DNA of 64,000 nucleotides. It comes from a bacterium (GTDB taxonomy: Bacteria; Patescibacteriota; UBA1384; CAILIB01). The translations under genes were made by a program, and so were the position numbers. The stretch spans positions 2,039-66,038 of the forward strand of contig JBAXRQ010000001.1 in assembly GCA_037131105.1 (NCBI GenBank), written 5' to 3'. Below are positions 16,964 to 27,866 of this stretch, piece after piece (position 1 is the first letter of the stretch; every line of letters starts with the position of its first letter). A model generated the notes under the pieces. That model did no database searches and was not told where the DNA came from. It saw only the letters and a list, made by a program, of their open reading frames with translations.

Positions 16964-18070
16964 CTAGACGTTGAACCGGAAATGCATCACGTCGCCATCC
17001 TTGACGACGTATTCCTTACCTTCTGATCGCAATTTACCGGCTTCCTTGGCGCCCTGCTCACCTGAGTAGGCGATGTAGTCATCATATGAAATCACCTCAG
17101 CCCTGATAAAGCCCTTGGTGAAGTCGGTATGGATGACGCCAGCGGCCTCGGGTGCCATGGCGCCTATGCGGACGGTCCAGGCCCTGACCTCCTGAGGGCC
17201 GGCAGTAAAGTAGGTCTGCAGTCCTAGTAAATGATAAGCCGACTGTACGAGGCGGGTAAGTCCTGACTCCTCAAGTCCATAGGTAGAGAGGAACTCGCCC
17301 TGCTCTTCAGCGGGTAGGGTAGAGAGCTCTGCCTCAAGCTGGGCGCAGATCGGTACCAGCCATTCAGACGAGGGGATGATCGAGCTCAGAGCATGCTTTT
17401 CATATAGCTCTTCAGCGGTGACTCCGATCTGGTTTTCACCAACGTTGGCAACTATCAACAGAGGCTTGGCTGTCAGTAACTGTAACTCGCGGATGACTTG
17501 GTAGTCGGCCTCGGTTTCGGGCTTCACGGTTGAGGCAGGCTGTTCATTCTCAAGGGCTGCATAGACGCGTTCGCAGTAGGCTAGGCAGGCAGCGGCCTCC
17601 TTGTCATTGCCACGGGCTGCCTTAGCGTAACGATCCTTGCCTTTGCCAATAGTCTCCAGGTCGGCCAGTATGAGCTCCAGCATGACGGTTTCCAGATCAG
17701 CCTTGGGATCGATACGTCCATTTACATGGATGACGTCGGGATGTTCGAAGAAACGAGCCACCAGAATGATGGCAGCAGTTTGGCGGATGTTGGCCAGAAA
17801 CTTGTTGCCAAGGCCTTCTCCCTGGGAGGCACCTTTGATAATGCCCGCAATATCATAGAACTCTACGACAGCCGGAATGACCTTCTCGGGTTTGACTAGG
17901 CCGCTGAGGCCGCCTAGGCGAGCATCAGGTACTTCAACGATACCGATATTCGGGTCGATGGTGCAGAAGGGGTAGTTGCTGGCTACCGCCTGGCCGTTTT
18001 TGACGAGGGCATTGAAGAGGGTGGACTTGCCAACGTTGGGAAGGCCGACGATACCGAGGGAGAGGTTCAT
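16964..18070 (-). CDS. ychF: ribosome-binding ATPase YchF (Ola1)
   Basis: [17 protein letters not shown], a TGS domain at the C-terminus (MHFRFNV), and the full YchF architecture. Confidence 0.9.
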   Translation of the reverse strand: MNLSLGIVGLPNVGKSTLFNALVKNGQAVASNYPFCTIDPNIGIVEVPDARLGGLSGLVKPEKVIPAVVEFYDIAGIIKGASQGEGLGNKFLANIRQTAAIILVARFFEHPDVIHVNGRIDPKADLETVMLELILADLETIGKGKDRYAKAARGNDKEAAACLAYCERVYAALENEQPASTVKPETEADYQVIRELQLLTAKPLLIVANVGENQIGVTAEELYEKHALSSIIPSSEWLVPICAQLEAELSTLPAEEQGEFLSTYGLEESGLTRLVQSAYHLLGLQTYFTAGPQEVRAWTVRIGAMAPEAAGVIHTDFTKGFIRAEVISYDDYIAYSGEQGAKEAGKLRSEGKEYVVKDGDVMHFRFNV

Positions 18071-18211
18071 GTTCTGGGCTCAGGCTTATCATGTAGCATA
18101 TAGCCCAGTGATCCTAGCATTTTCTGGCTAGTTTGACAAAGGCACTTCCAAACCTATTGACCAGGTAGGGGAAAGGTGATACTGTTGCGGATGCATTTTA
18201 AGGAGGTAACT

Positions 18212-18589
18212 GTGGAAGAGAACACGTGGAGGAACTTCAGTTGTCCTCTTAGAAAATACCTGATTCTTGATATCGGCGGTGAGCAAGTACTTGTGGCTGA
18301 CCGTTCTACTGGAGGAACAGCCCCGGTGGCAATTCTCCGCAAGTATATGGACCAGATGGGACTAGACAAAGTGACCGTTTGCGGTTGCGGTAGCGTGCAC
18401 CGCATTGATGCGACGAAGACCGTTGTCATGCAGGGGACTAGATCTGAATTTGGACCTGCTGATCACGAAACCGTGGTTCGCCTCGCCGCTAAAAGTTTAG
18501 CGAACGAAGGATTCGGGTCGTACGCATTAAAGGTCTCTGGTACGGTGGGTGATATCCAGAAGGTAAGGAGAATAGAATTATGTCTCTAG
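18212..18589 (+). CDS. hypothetical protein
   Basis: GTG start 5 nt after TAAGGAGGT. Translation is VEENTWRNFSCPLRKYLILDIGGEQVLVADRSTGGTAPVAI.... A terminator follows at about 18601-18637. Confidence 0.45.
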   Translation: MEENTWRNFSCPLRKYLILDIGGEQVLVADRSTGGTAPVAILRKYMDQMGLDKVTVCGCGSVHRIDATKTVVMQGTRSEFGPADHETVVRLAAKSLANEGFGSYALKVSGTVGDIQKVRRIELCL

Positions 18590-18709
18590 GCCTTCACGTC
18601 TGATGATCAGTAAAGGGGTCGGCTTGCCGCCGCCCCTTTTTTTGATACTGCACTCGAATGATCTCACGCTTCCGTGATATACTGCCAAGTAATCACTGTA
18701 ATTTCTTCT

Positions 18710-20833
18710 ATGGCTAAAAAGAAGCGACGCTCCTCAAGTTCTTCTGGTAGTCGCAAGGGCGGGGTCAACCAGACAGCTGCCCATCAGATAAAGGTTCTCA
18801 TCATCGTTCTGGTGGTGTTGTTCCTATTTGCCTCTATATTCAATGCGGCAGGCAGCCTGGGGGAGATCATTCATCACTATCTGGCATTGGTCTTTGGGGT
18901 CACCACTCCTCTTTCCGCAGTTTTTCTCCTCTGGTACCTGGGCCATCATTTCTGGCCGCAGCGTTTTGCCATTCGTTTTACTACGGCGCTGGGGATAATC
19001 TTGTTTATCCTTTCTCTTAACGGATTCATTCACAGTCTGGTAGTAAGTTCTCAGGTCTATGAAACGGCACTGAAGGGTGAGGGAGGGGGAATGCTGGGCT
19101 ACCTTATCTTCAATACCGCCTACTCACTGATCGGCACCTATATCAGTCGTCTGCTTCTGATAGTCCTGATGATCATTTCTCTGATGTTGGTATTTGATAA
19201 GGCGGTTATTCCATTGACTCTTGAAGACGATGAGGAGGATGAAGATGGAGAGGCGACTAGTCGGGTGCGCGTGGTGGGTGAACTGCAGCCCAGTCCTTTA
19301 GATAAGTTTCGTAAGAAGCTGGTAAAGACCCAGACTATCGAAGTTGCTCAACCCAAGAAAGCGGCTATGCCGGCTGTTAGTCGTACGGCAAACTGGAACT
19401 ATCCCTCGGTCAGCTTGTTGGACATCATCGACATGAAGCCCCAGGCTGGCAATATCCAGAAGCGTATGGAGACTATCAAGAAGACTTTGGCAGACTTCGG
19501 CATCGAGGTAAGCATGACCGATGTAAACGTCGGTCCTACCGTCACTCAGTACACCCTGAAGCCTGCTGACGGGGTGAAGCTGAATCAGATTACAGCACGG
19601 CAGGATGACCTGGCTCTGGCGTTGGCAGCCCAAGAGCTGCGGGTAGAGGCGCCTATCCCTGGTAAGGCCTTGGTGGGTATTGAGATTCCTAATGAGAAGA
19701 AGGCCATGGTCGGTCTGCGCGACATCCTGGAGTCAAAGGAGTTCAAGCAGTCGGGCTCCAAGCTGTCGTTGGCCATGGGTAGAGACGTTGCCGGCGCGCC
19801 GATAGTGGTAGACCTGGCTCGCATGCCTCACGCCTTGGTGGCCGGTGCTACTGGCTCAGGTAAGTCGGTCTGTATCAACTCGATCATCCTTTCACTGCTG
19901 TATAATAATTCACCTGACGAGCTGCGCCTCATCCTGGTAGACCCTAAGCGGGTTGAGCTTACCGGCTATAACGGCATTCCCCATCTGCTTACTCCAGTTA
20001 TCACCGAGACCAAGGACACTATTCCGGCCCTGCACTGGGCGGTACGCGAAATGGAACGCCGTTACAAACTGTTCCAGACCACTGGCAAGCGCAATATCGA
20101 CCTGTACAACCAGGAGCCCGACCTGGCCGAGGGCAAGCTGCCCTACATCGTCATTATCATCGATGAGTTGGCCGATCTGATGATGGTTGCTGCGCGCGAC
20201 GTGGAAGGTTCCATCGTCCGTCTGGCTCAGATGGCCCGAGCCGTGGGCATCCACCTTATCGTTGCTACCCAGCGCCCATCCGTTGACGTGATCACCGGCC
20301 TTATCAAGGCCAATGTGCCTACGCGGGTAGCCTTCGCAGTGGCTAGTCAGATTGACTCCCGTACTATCATTGACCAGGCCGGCGCCGAAAAGCTGCTCGG
20401 ATATGGAGACATGCTGTACATCAGTACTGAAGTGGGTAAGCCTAAGCGTATCCAGGGAGTATTCGCTTCCGAGAAAGAGATCAACGCCGTCATCGCCCAT
20501 ATCAAGATTCAGGAAGAAGGCGACCGGTATGACCCTAGCGTACTTGAGACCAGGGTGGAGAGCCGCCTAGGCGGAAGCCGGGACGGGGGAGAGATCGATG
20601 ACGAGCTGTTCAATGAGGCTTATGAGGTGGTGCGCCAGGCGGGCAAGGCATCCTCGACGCTCCTGCAGACCCGCCTAAGCGTCGGATATGCCCGGGCAGC
20701 CCGCCTCATACAGGCCCTGGAAGACAAGGGTATGATCGGCCCTGCCAAGGGTGCCAAGCCTCGAGAAGTATACGGGTCAGAAACGACTGGGGACGAGGAA
20801 ATGGGCATTGAAGCCTATCCCGAAGGGGAGTAA
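18710..20833 (+). CDS. ftsK: DNA translocase FtsK/SpoIIIE
   Basis: N-terminal TM helices, Walker A LVAGATGSGKSVCIN, Walker B IVIIIDELADL, and a C-terminal gamma domain (winged helix). The start is taken at MAKKKRR. The ORF-track start at 18674 is a GTG. Confidence 0.9.
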   Translation: MAKKKRRSSSSSGSRKGGVNQTAAHQIKVLIIVLVVLFLFASIFNAAGSLGEIIHHYLALVFGVTTPLSAVFLLWYLGHHFWPQRFAIRFTTALGIILFILSLNGFIHSLVVSSQVYETALKGEGGGMLGYLIFNTAYSLIGTYISRLLLIVLMIISLMLVFDKAVIPLTLEDDEEDEDGEATSRVRVVGELQPSPLDKFRKKLVKTQTIEVAQPKKAAMPAVSRTANWNYPSVSLLDIIDMKPQAGNIQKRMETIKKTLADFGIEVSMTDVNVGPTVTQYTLKPADGVKLNQITARQDDLALALAAQELRVEAPIPGKALVGIEIPNEKKAMVGLRDILESKEFKQSGSKLSLAMGRDVAGAPIVVDLARMPHALVAGATGSGKSVCINSIILSLLYNNSPDELRLILVDPKRVELTGYNGIPHLLTPVITETKDTIPALHWAVREMERRYKLFQTTGKRNIDLYNQEPDLAEGKLPYIVIIIDELADLMMVAARDVEGSIVRLAQMARAVGIHLIVATQRPSVDVITGLIKANVPTRVAFAVASQIDSRTIIDQAGAEKLLGYGDMLYISTEVGKPKRIQGVFASEKEINAVIAHIKIQEEGDRYDPSVLETRVESRLGGSRDGGEIDDELFNEAYEVVRQAGKASSTLLQTRLSVGYARAARLIQALEDKGMIGPAKGAKPREVYGSETTGDEEMGIEAYPEGE

Positions 20834-20866
20834 CATAAGCTCATAATCACCTAACACCTTCACCGC

Positions 20867-21568
20867 GTGGCAGCAGGCTTTCGAACAAGGAGGATTAAGA
20901 CGGAGAGCTCAATCGGCGACAAGCTGAAGCGGGCTCGCACTCGCCGACGTCTCAGCGTTGCCCAGGCAGAAGAGGAGACTAGGATTCGCGCTCGTTTCAT
21001 TCTTGCTCTTGAGGGGGACTCCTGGGACCAGATTCCGTCCGAAGCCTATGGCCGGGGTTATCTGGAAAGCTACGCAGGCTACCTGCAGCTGGCTGTTGAG
21101 CCTATCATGCGCCAGTATGCCCGAGAGCGTGAACTGTATGCCCGCAAATGCCAGGACGGGCCGGTGGAGCTTACTCCCATGTCCCACCTTTCATTGCCTA
21201 AGTTCTTTCTTACCCCCCGTTTCTTTACTATCGGGGCGGCAGTTCTGGTGCTCATGATCGGGGTAGGAATGGTAGGGTATCAGATCCGGAAGTTCACGGC
21301 GCTGCCATTTCTAGAAGTGGCCACCCCCGCCCAGGCCAAGGGTCAGGAAGGCTCTGACCTGGTAGTCTCTACCGACTCTATCAATATCACCGGTCGTACG
21401 GTAATGGGTGCCGCCGTTGAGGTTAACGGACGAGCCGCTACGGTAGACGACGGGGGAGGCTTTCGTTCTACCGTAGCCTTGCAAAAGGGGAGTAATTCTA
21501 TTCTGGTAGAAGCCACCGACGGTTCAGGGAAGAAAAGTTCTCAGGTCCTCAACGTCGTAGCTCAGTAG
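20867..21568 (+). CDS. rodZ: RodZ-like cytoskeletal protein (XRE-type HTH + TM + C-terminal domain)
   Basis: HTH IGDKLKRARTRRRLSVAQAEEETRIRARFILALE, TM FFTIGAAVLVLMIGVGMVGY, and a C-terminal beta-rich domain. Confidence 0.55.
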   Translation: MAAGFRTRRIKTESSIGDKLKRARTRRRLSVAQAEEETRIRARFILALEGDSWDQIPSEAYGRGYLESYAGYLQLAVEPIMRQYARERELYARKCQDGPVELTPMSHLSLPKFFLTPRFFTIGAAVLVLMIGVGMVGYQIRKFTALPFLEVATPAQAKGQEGSDLVVSTDSINITGRTVMGAAVEVNGRAATVDDGGGFRSTVALQKGSNSILVEATDGSGKKSSQVLNVVAQ

Positions 21569-21676
21569 TTCAATGTTGCTAGTATTGTACTAGCTTGCAA
21601 AGCCACTTTGCTTTGGTAGAGTGGGTAGGAGAGAAGCCGCTCTTTTTTAGATTAGTAATTCGCACTGGGAGGCATA

Positions 21677-22774
21677 ATGGCAGATACACAGAACCCGGAG
21701 CTCTCCGGTAAAAAAGCGGCCTTGGAGATGGCCATAGCTTCCATCGAGAAGCAGTTCGGTAAGGGGTCCATCATGACCATGGGCGGGGCAAATAACGTTG
21801 GTTCCATTGAGGTTATCCCAACAGGCATCATCAGCCTGGATATTGCTCTGGGCGGTGGTATTCCTCGTGGCCGTATCATTGAGATCTATGGGCCAGAGTC
21901 TTCAGGTAAGACCACTCTTTCCACCTACATCCTGGGACAGGTGCAGAAGCGGGGAGGCCTAGCCGCCTTCGTTGACGCTGAGCACGCCTTTGATCCTGAG
22001 TACGCCAAGACCTTGGGAGTACAGCTTGACGATCTGCTGGTCTCGCAGCCTGACACGGGTGAGCAGGCATTGGAGATCACTGAGACGCTGGTGCGCTCAA
22101 ACGCCGTTGACATCGTAGTCATCGACTCGGTGGCTGCTCTGGTGCCGCGGGCTGAGATCGAGGGTGAGATGGGTGACGCCATGGTAGGCGTCCAGGCTCG
22201 GCTGATGTCCCAGGCTCTGCGTAAGCTGACCGGCGCCATCTCCAAGTCAAAGACCACCGTGATCTTCATCAACCAGATCCGCATGAAGATCGGCGTCATG
22301 TTCGGAAACCCAGAGACCACTACCGGTGGAAACGCCCTGAAATTCTATGCTTCCGTGCGTATGGATATCCGACGCAAGGAACAGATCAAGGACGGGGACG
22401 TGGTGACCGGAGTCGCTACCGGAGTGAAGGTGGTGAAGAATAAGGTGGCTCCTCCCTTCCGCACAGCGCTCTTCGACATTATCTACGGCGAGGGTATCTC
22501 CCGTGAGGGCGGCCTACTGGATGTAGGAGTAGAGCAGGACATCGTCAGGAAGTCCGGTGCCTGGTATTACCTGGGAGAGGAGAAGCTGGGACAGGGGAAA
22601 GAGGGCGCACGTGAGTATCTCAAGGCTCATCCTGAGCTTTCCGCAAAGATTGAAAAGGAGATCCGGGCCAAGACCGGCCTGGACAAGGTGACTATCGCCG
22701 GATCCCAGGGTGACTCAGAGCCAAAGGAGTTTGAAGAGAAGCCAACCAAGAAGAACCGAGAGAAGGCTTCCTAG
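21677..22774 (+). CDS. recA: recombinase RecA
   Basis: [19 protein letters not shown]...[17 protein letters not shown]...canonical RecA. Confidence 0.95.
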   Translation: MADTQNPELSGKKAALEMAIASIEKQFGKGSIMTMGGANNVGSIEVIPTGIISLDIALGGGIPRGRIIEIYGPESSGKTTLSTYILGQVQKRGGLAAFVDAEHAFDPEYAKTLGVQLDDLLVSQPDTGEQALEITETLVRSNAVDIVVIDSVAALVPRAEIEGEMGDAMVGVQARLMSQALRKLTGAISKSKTTVIFINQIRMKIGVMFGNPETTTGGNALKFYASVRMDIRRKEQIKDGDVVTGVATGVKVVKNKVAPPFRTALFDIIYGEGISREGGLLDVGVEQDIVRKSGAWYYLGEEKLGQGKEGAREYLKAHPELSAKIEKEIRAKTGLDKVTIAGSQGDSEPKEFEEKPTKKNREKAS

Positions 22775-22783
22775 CCACCTCTC

Positions 22784-23251
22784 ATGCGCGATCCGCTTAC
22801 CTATTGCCTGGTCCTGATCAAGAAACGGCTGCGAAGCCGGTACGAGCTGGACCAGGCAATGAAGCGGCACGAGGTGGAGGATGAGAAGCGAGACGAGGTC
22901 CTGCAGGTACTTACCGAGCAGGGCCTTGTTAATGACACGGCCTATGCCAGGGCGTGGGTGCATACTAGGGACCGCCTAGCACCGCGTGGAGCGGCCGTAT
23001 TGCGTCAGGAACTCATGTTGAAGGGGATTGGGAAGGAGATCATCTCAGAGGTCCTTGCTGAGCGTCGTGAGCAGTCCGAGGACGAGGAAGATGAGCAGCC
23101 GACCGAGGATGAATTGGCCCGGCGACTGATGGCCGGCAAGGAGCGACTCTACGCAAACCTTACTCCTGAAGTGAGGAAACGGCGGCTGATGGCATTTCTT
23201 CAGAGGCGCGGCTTTTCCTATGATGTCATCCGTCGTATACTGGATGCATGA
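22784..23251 (+). CDS. recX: RecA regulator RecX
   Basis: Three-repeat helical protein immediately downstream of recA: LTEQGLVNDTAYARAWVHTR...LMLKGIGKEIISEVL... Confidence 0.75.
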   Translation: MRDPLTYCLVLIKKRLRSRYELDQAMKRHEVEDEKRDEVLQVLTEQGLVNDTAYARAWVHTRDRLAPRGAAVLRQELMLKGIGKEIISEVLAERREQSEDEEDEQPTEDELARRLMAGKERLYANLTPEVRKRRLMAFLQRRGFSYDVIRRILDA

Positions 23252-25506
23252 GTGCTAATTACTGCCGCTGGCTCTATGAGATAGGGCCAGAGGAAACGGA
23301 GGGGTGGGAATACGAGGCAAGGGATCTGGCGGCGGTCAGCCGTACCGGGGTAGCAGTACCTCCGGGATTCGTCGTGTCGTACAAGGTTTTTGAGCAATTG
23401 TTTGAGAGTCGTTCCCTTGCCGGAAACATTTCCAAGGCTGGCAAGGGGTTGTCGGCTTCCAGGCCTGAACGTTTCGCTGCAGCTGCCAAGGATATACGGG
23501 CTGCTGTAGTTGGTGCTGAGTTCCCGGTTGAAGCCAGTTCTTCCCTGAAAGCTTTTTATGAGCAACTGCGTACGCAGCTTCTTCACTCTTCTGATAAGGC
23601 GGTTCGCCTCCATCTGACCGGCCTTTCAGACAATGAGGTCACGTTGGTGCAGTCGGTAAAGAGCGGAGCCGAGTTTGAGAAGGCGCTTAGGCAGTTGTTT
23701 AGTCTGCTTTTTACAGAACATGATCTCTTCCAGAGGGTTCAAGCTCGTCAGCCGTTGGTTCCTAACTCCTTCGGTGTGCTGATCCAATACCTGGAGGCAC
23801 CGGTCGCCAGTGGTTTGGCTGCCTGCCATGACCAGAGTGAGCATGACGACCTGACTATTCAGATAGATGCCTGGCCCCTGACCCGCCCTACCAAGGCCGC
23901 CAAGGAGACGATGGCTACACATGACAGCTTTAGGGTAGATCGCAAGTCGCTTACTCTTCTTTCCCGTAACTTGAAACGTCAGTGGTGGGCTGAGGATGGC
24001 AGCGGAAAATTCATTGCGCCCAAGCAGCAGCCTGACCTGGCTACAGCATTAGATGATGACCAGGTGCTTAGGCTGGCTCGCTTCATCAAGCTTGCTCAGG
24101 CGCCCTTCCAGTCGACTATGCGGTTCGAATGGGTCTATGCCCATAAGCAGTTTCTGATCACCCGGGCCTACCGGATGGAACATCGCGCCGACTGCGAATG
24201 CAGCCTGCCACCGGCTCCGCCCCTGCCACCGGATATCCAACCAGCGTTGGTTCAGGGTCTTTCAGGTGCACTGGGAGTTGTCTCTGGACCTGCTCGCCTC
24301 ATTAAACACAAGAAGGACCAAGCCCAGCTGAAACCAGGAGAGATAGCTGTAACTGAGCACCTGACTAGTCAGGACGCTGATTGGTTACAGAATGCAGCTG
24401 GAGTAGTCACCGAAGCTGGTACCCAGACCAGTCCTGAGTCACGGGTGGCACAGCAGCTCTTGGTTCCGGCGGTAGTAGGCGCCAGCAAAGCTCTGAGCCT
24501 TATCGGAAACGGCCAGATCATTACAGTAGATGGTAGAAGGGGTGCGGTGTATAAGGGGGTTATACCGAGAGAGGCCGCCTATGCGCCTAATCAGTCACCG
24601 GTCACTGGCACCAAGATTTGGACCCTGGTCTCTGACCCGTACCAGGTAAGCGGTCCCGAGCTTATCGCAAGCGACGGCGTCGGCCTGATGCGAGGTGAGT
24701 TCATTATCAGGATGCTCGGCCTGCATCCCCATGACGTGCTGCGCAGGGGCTTTGCCGGTGAGTACTCGGATATCCTGGCTGAGGGCATCTCCCGGGTAGC
24801 CCGCCTGATCAATCCGCATCCCCTGGTCTATCAGCTACATGACCTGAACAGCGCCGACCTGCTGGGCCTCAGGGAGCGTCATCATGACCGGCATGAGCCC
24901 AATCCCATCCTGGGCTTCCGCGGCACCCACCGCTTGCTCAGCGAGCCTGAGCTTCTGGAGATAGAGCTGCAGGCCCTTTCACAAGTGGCTGACAAGGGGG
25001 CTGATCACATCTCGATCATGCTGCCAATGGTCAGGAGCATTGACGAGGTGAAACGCATGATCAAGTATCTGCAGGACTCGCCTCTTTCCGCCCATCTGGC
25101 CACCAAGGTCTGGGTGAAGTGCGAGACCCCCGCCATGCTTATCTTGATGGAGGAGCTCTGCCAGCTGGATATAGCCGGCGTCTGCTTCGAGGTCCCCGCC
25201 CTTACCCAGCTGATCCAGGGTATAGACAGGGACAATGCCCAGGTGGCCCATCACCTCGATACCACCGGCCAAGCTGTAGAACAGGCTCTGACTTTCGCAA
25301 TTGCCACCTGCCGCAATGCCGGTATCGCCACAATGCTGGTGGCGGAGCTCGACGAACTACGTCCAGAAGTCGTCCAGAGCGCCGTGAAGGCCGGTCTGAC
25401 CGGCGTTACCGTCATACCTAGCTTCCTGCCCGAAATGAGGGCCTTCCTGGCCTCTGTGGAGCAGCGCATGCTTTTAGATCACGTGCTGAGTGAGGACGTG
25501 GCCTAG
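23248..25506 (+). CDS. PEP synthase/pyruvate-phosphate-dikinase family protein with the phospho-carrier His replaced by Pro
   Basis: N-terminal ATP-grasp-like PEP/pyruvate-binding domain (GVAVPPGFVVSYKVFEQ). The central mobile domain AAGVVTEAGTQTSPESRVAQQLLVPAVVG aligns to the canonical A(A/I)VT(D/N)RGGRT(C/S)[16 protein letters not shown], with H changed to P. C-terminal PEP-utilising TIM-barrel domain. It overlaps the recX stop (ATGA). Confidence 0.75.
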   Translation: MSANYCRWLYEIGPEETEGWEYEARDLAAVSRTGVAVPPGFVVSYKVFEQLFESRSLAGNISKAGKGLSASRPERFAAAAKDIRAAVVGAEFPVEASSSLKAFYEQLRTQLLHSSDKAVRLHLTGLSDNEVTLVQSVKSGAEFEKALRQLFSLLFTEHDLFQRVQARQPLVPNSFGVLIQYLEAPVASGLAACHDQSEHDDLTIQIDAWPLTRPTKAAKETMATHDSFRVDRKSLTLLSRNLKRQWWAEDGSGKFIAPKQQPDLATALDDDQVLRLARFIKLAQAPFQSTMRFEWVYAHKQFLITRAYRMEHRADCECSLPPAPPLPPDIQPALVQGLSGALGVVSGPARLIKHKKDQAQLKPGEIAVTEHLTSQDADWLQNAAGVVTEAGTQTSPESRVAQQLLVPAVVGASKALSLIGNGQIITVDGRRGAVYKGVIPREAAYAPNQSPVTGTKIWTLVSDPYQVSGPELIASDGVGLMRGEFIIRMLGLHPHDVLRRGFAGEYSDILAEGISRVARLINPHPLVYQLHDLNSADLLGLRERHHDRHEPNPILGFRGTHRLLSEPELLEIELQALSQVADKGADHISIMLPMVRSIDEVKRMIKYLQDSPLSAHLATKVWVKCETPAMLILMEELCQLDIAGVCFEVPALTQLIQGIDRDNAQVAHHLDTTGQAVEQALTFAIATCRNAGIATMLVAELDELRPEVVQSAVKAGLTGVTVIPSFLPEMRAFLASVEQRMLLDHVLSEDVA

Positions 25507-25552
25507 GGTTGAAGAAGGGAAAAGAATTTGTTACTCTCTTGAGAGTAAGTAA

Positions 25553-25628
25553 TCCCCTGTAGCTCAGTGGTAGTAGCGCCTCGCTGTTAACGAGGATGTC
25601 GTTGGTTCGAATCCAACCGGGGGAGCCA
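25553..25628 (+). tRNA. tRNA-Asn (anticodon GTT)
   Basis: TCCCCTGTAGCTCAGTGGTAGTAGCGCCTCGCTGTTAACGAGGATGTCGTTGGTTCGAATCCAACCGGGGGAGCCA. Confidence 0.85.
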
Positions 25629-25631
25629 AAG

Positions 25632-25665
25632 AAAAAGACAGATCCTCGGATCTGTCTTTTTCTTT
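25632..25665 (+). terminator. hairpin terminator after tRNA-Asn (AAGACAGATCC-tcg-GATCTGTCTT + T-tract)
   Basis: Perfect 11-bp stem followed by TTTTCTTTG. Confidence 0.7.
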
Positions 25666-25883
25666 GTTTATCGTAAGGTTGGATTCGAAAGGGAGAGGGG
25701 TGGGGAGAATATGGGCCTTGCTTATAGTGCAAACTCCTTCTTTCTGATGTCTTACTTGATCGTTTTTGTACTCCGAGACCGAGATTGAGACTAGTGTTAA
25801 TAGTTAGTTCACTCTGTATCGCCTCAGTTTCTTCCCTTTATCTCCGGCCTGCCTGTATACTTGATGCATCTATAAAAAATACC

Positions 25884-27866
25884 ATGATCAGCAACGCCCA
25901 GAAATTTCAAACCTCATTAGCTGCTGCCCTGCTCGTGGCGCCACTGTTAGCTATTTTCTCCTATGCTCCGGCGGCTCAGGCTTTCTCTGGTAATGGCAGC
26001 GGCACCGTAGGTTCACCGTATCAGATTGAAACCTGTGCCCAGTTTCAGGATATTAGCAGTGATCTGGCGGCTAACTACGTTCTGGTAAAAGATATTGACT
26101 GTACCGGAGTAACTTTCACCCCACTGGGAACCTCAGGCACTAAATTCACTGGTACTTTTGATGGTAATGATTTTTCAATTACTGCCCTTACAATCTCAGC
26201 TTCTGGCCAAATTGCTCCTTTTGCCTATGTCGGGGCGGCAACCATCAAGAACGTCCATTTTGTTGGTGGAGCCATGACTTCAACAACCTCCAATGCTGGA
26301 GGAGTTATTGCTTATGCTCTGGGAGCAACGGTAACCAACATCTCTTCGACAGCTACGATTGTGGCGAGCAGCGGTTGGGGGTCGGGTTTAGTTACTACTG
26401 CCGATACGGTCACCATGAGTAATTCTTTCTACAACGGATCAGTTACAGCAGGCGCCTATGCCTCAGGTTTGGTTGGGGTTACGTATAACACCACCACTAT
26501 TGCCGACTCATACAGTAAGGGTTCCATGAATGACAATATCTACCCTGGTGGTCTGGTGGGTAACCTAGGTGGAGGCTCATCAATTGTCCGAAGTTATAGT
26601 ACTGCCACCATTAATGCAGTAGGTGTGTACGTGGGTGGCTTGGTCGGCACCTTTAGTGGATCCGCCTCGATAACTGATACGTTCTATGCTGGGTTAATGA
26701 ATACGGCTGGCTCTACTAATCACGGGGCTATTTCAGGTATACGGAGCGGCAGCACTACGATGACCAATGTGTTCTTTGACTCAGATGCGTGTACTACCTG
26801 TAGTCAAGGAGCTAGTGGTACAGGTTCAGATACTGGGGCTACTTCGATCACGGGGGATCCGACATACTTTCTAAACAATAGTACCAACGCTCCGCTTGAT
26901 ACTTACAACTTTACTACTGTCTGGCAGACCGTAACGGCCGATTACCCTACTCTTCGAACGGCTGGTGCCCCGACTGCCCCTTCGGCTCCTCAAGCCTTCA
27001 GTGCCGCTAAGACCGGTGACTCAGTAGTATTGACCTGGGCTGCACCTAGTACTGTCGGTGGAGGAAGTCGTACTGATTACGAAGTGCAGTATAAGCTTTC
27101 TACTGATTCTGGGTGGACAACTAAAGCTCATACAGCCGATCCAAGTTTGACTAGCATAACGCTGTCTGGGCTTACCATAGGCGGTGTCTATAGTTTCAGG
27201 GTTCGAGCTTTGAACTCAACCGTTTTCGGAAGCCTATCAACTCTTACCGATGAGGCGACGATTGTTGGTGGGGTGGCAACGGGTTTGCCAAGTGGTTTAA
27301 GCGTTAAGGATGCTACTTCGGGAGTCGACCTTACCACTTCCGGTAGTACTGGCTTGGTAACGGTTCAGGTAGTTGATACGGCTAGCGGGCTGGTGGTTGG
27401 TACGGTCTCAGTTGATCTTTCGACCAATCGAAGTTTCGCCGGCATAACGGCCGCTACGAGTCTGGCCACGGGGAAGACGGTTATCTCTGGCTTTGGCGCC
27501 CTGGCAGGTGTGAGCGGTACACACACCCTCTTTGTTCCTAAGCTATCTGGTCAAACCCAGGTAAGAATCTGCCCAAGCGCCACCATTATAAGTGACGTCA
27601 CCGTTGATTGTACGGGAGGTACTACCTATGCAGCGGGCGATACGAATGTGACGGTAGTAACGCTAGCTTCCCAGGCTTATTGGAAAATAGACGGATTGAC
27701 TGGTACGGGTGGAATCGGTATCAGTCCGGCCGTAGCTACCCCAGCTCCTTCTTTGGCTAAGACTGGAGATAGTCCTCTCCCAGGAATGGTACTTGCTCTT
27801 ATTCTCTTGATCGGAAGTGGGCTAGGTCTCTTCTCTCGCCACCCACACGTGTCTTCGAAGCATTAG
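25884..27866 (+). CDS. cell-wall-anchored surface protein with GLUG-type repeats, an Fn3-like domain and a C-terminal LAKTG sorting signal
   Basis: Signal peptide MISNAQKFQTSLAAALLVAPLLAIFSYAPAAQA. Repeated G(G)LVG(V/N) motifs. TDYEVQYK... is Fn3-like. The C-terminus LAKTGDSPLPGMVLALILLIGSGLGLFSRHPH has an LAxTG motif, a hydrophobic segment and a basic tail. Confidence 0.7.
   Translation: MISNAQKFQTSLAAALLVAPLLAIFSYAPAAQAFSGNGSGTVGSPYQIETCAQFQDISSDLAANYVLVKDIDCTGVTFTPLGTSGTKFTGTFDGNDFSITALTISASGQIAPFAYVGAATIKNVHFVGGAMTSTTSNAGGVIAYALGATVTNISSTATIVASSGWGSGLVTTADTVTMSNSFYNGSVTAGAYASGLVGVTYNTTTIADSYSKGSMNDNIYPGGLVGNLGGGSSIVRSYSTATINAVGVYVGGLVGTFSGSASITDTFYAGLMNTAGSTNHGAISGIRSGSTTMTNVFFDSDACTTCSQGASGTGSDTGATSITGDPTYFLNNSTNAPLDTYNFTTVWQTVTADYPTLRTAGAPTAPSAPQAFSAAKTGDSVVLTWAAPSTVGGGSRTDYEVQYKLSTDSGWTTKAHTADPSLTSITLSGLTIGGVYSFRVRALNSTVFGSLSTLTDEATIVGGVATGLPSGLSVKDATSGVDLTTSGSTGLVTVQVVDTASGLVVGTVSVDLSTNRSFAGITAATSLATGKTVISGFGALAGVSGTHTLFVPKLSGQTQVRICPSATIISDVTVDCTGGTTYAAGDTNVTVVTLASQAYWKIDGLTGTGGIGISPAVATPAPSLAKTGDSPLPGMVLALILLIGSGLGLFSRHPHVSSKH

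Noticed and set aside
25500-25884. Alternative upstream start (25785) for the LAKTG surface protein.
   Set aside because: The first 33 codons are not signal-peptide-like. The internal Met at 25884 begins a canonical signal peptide.
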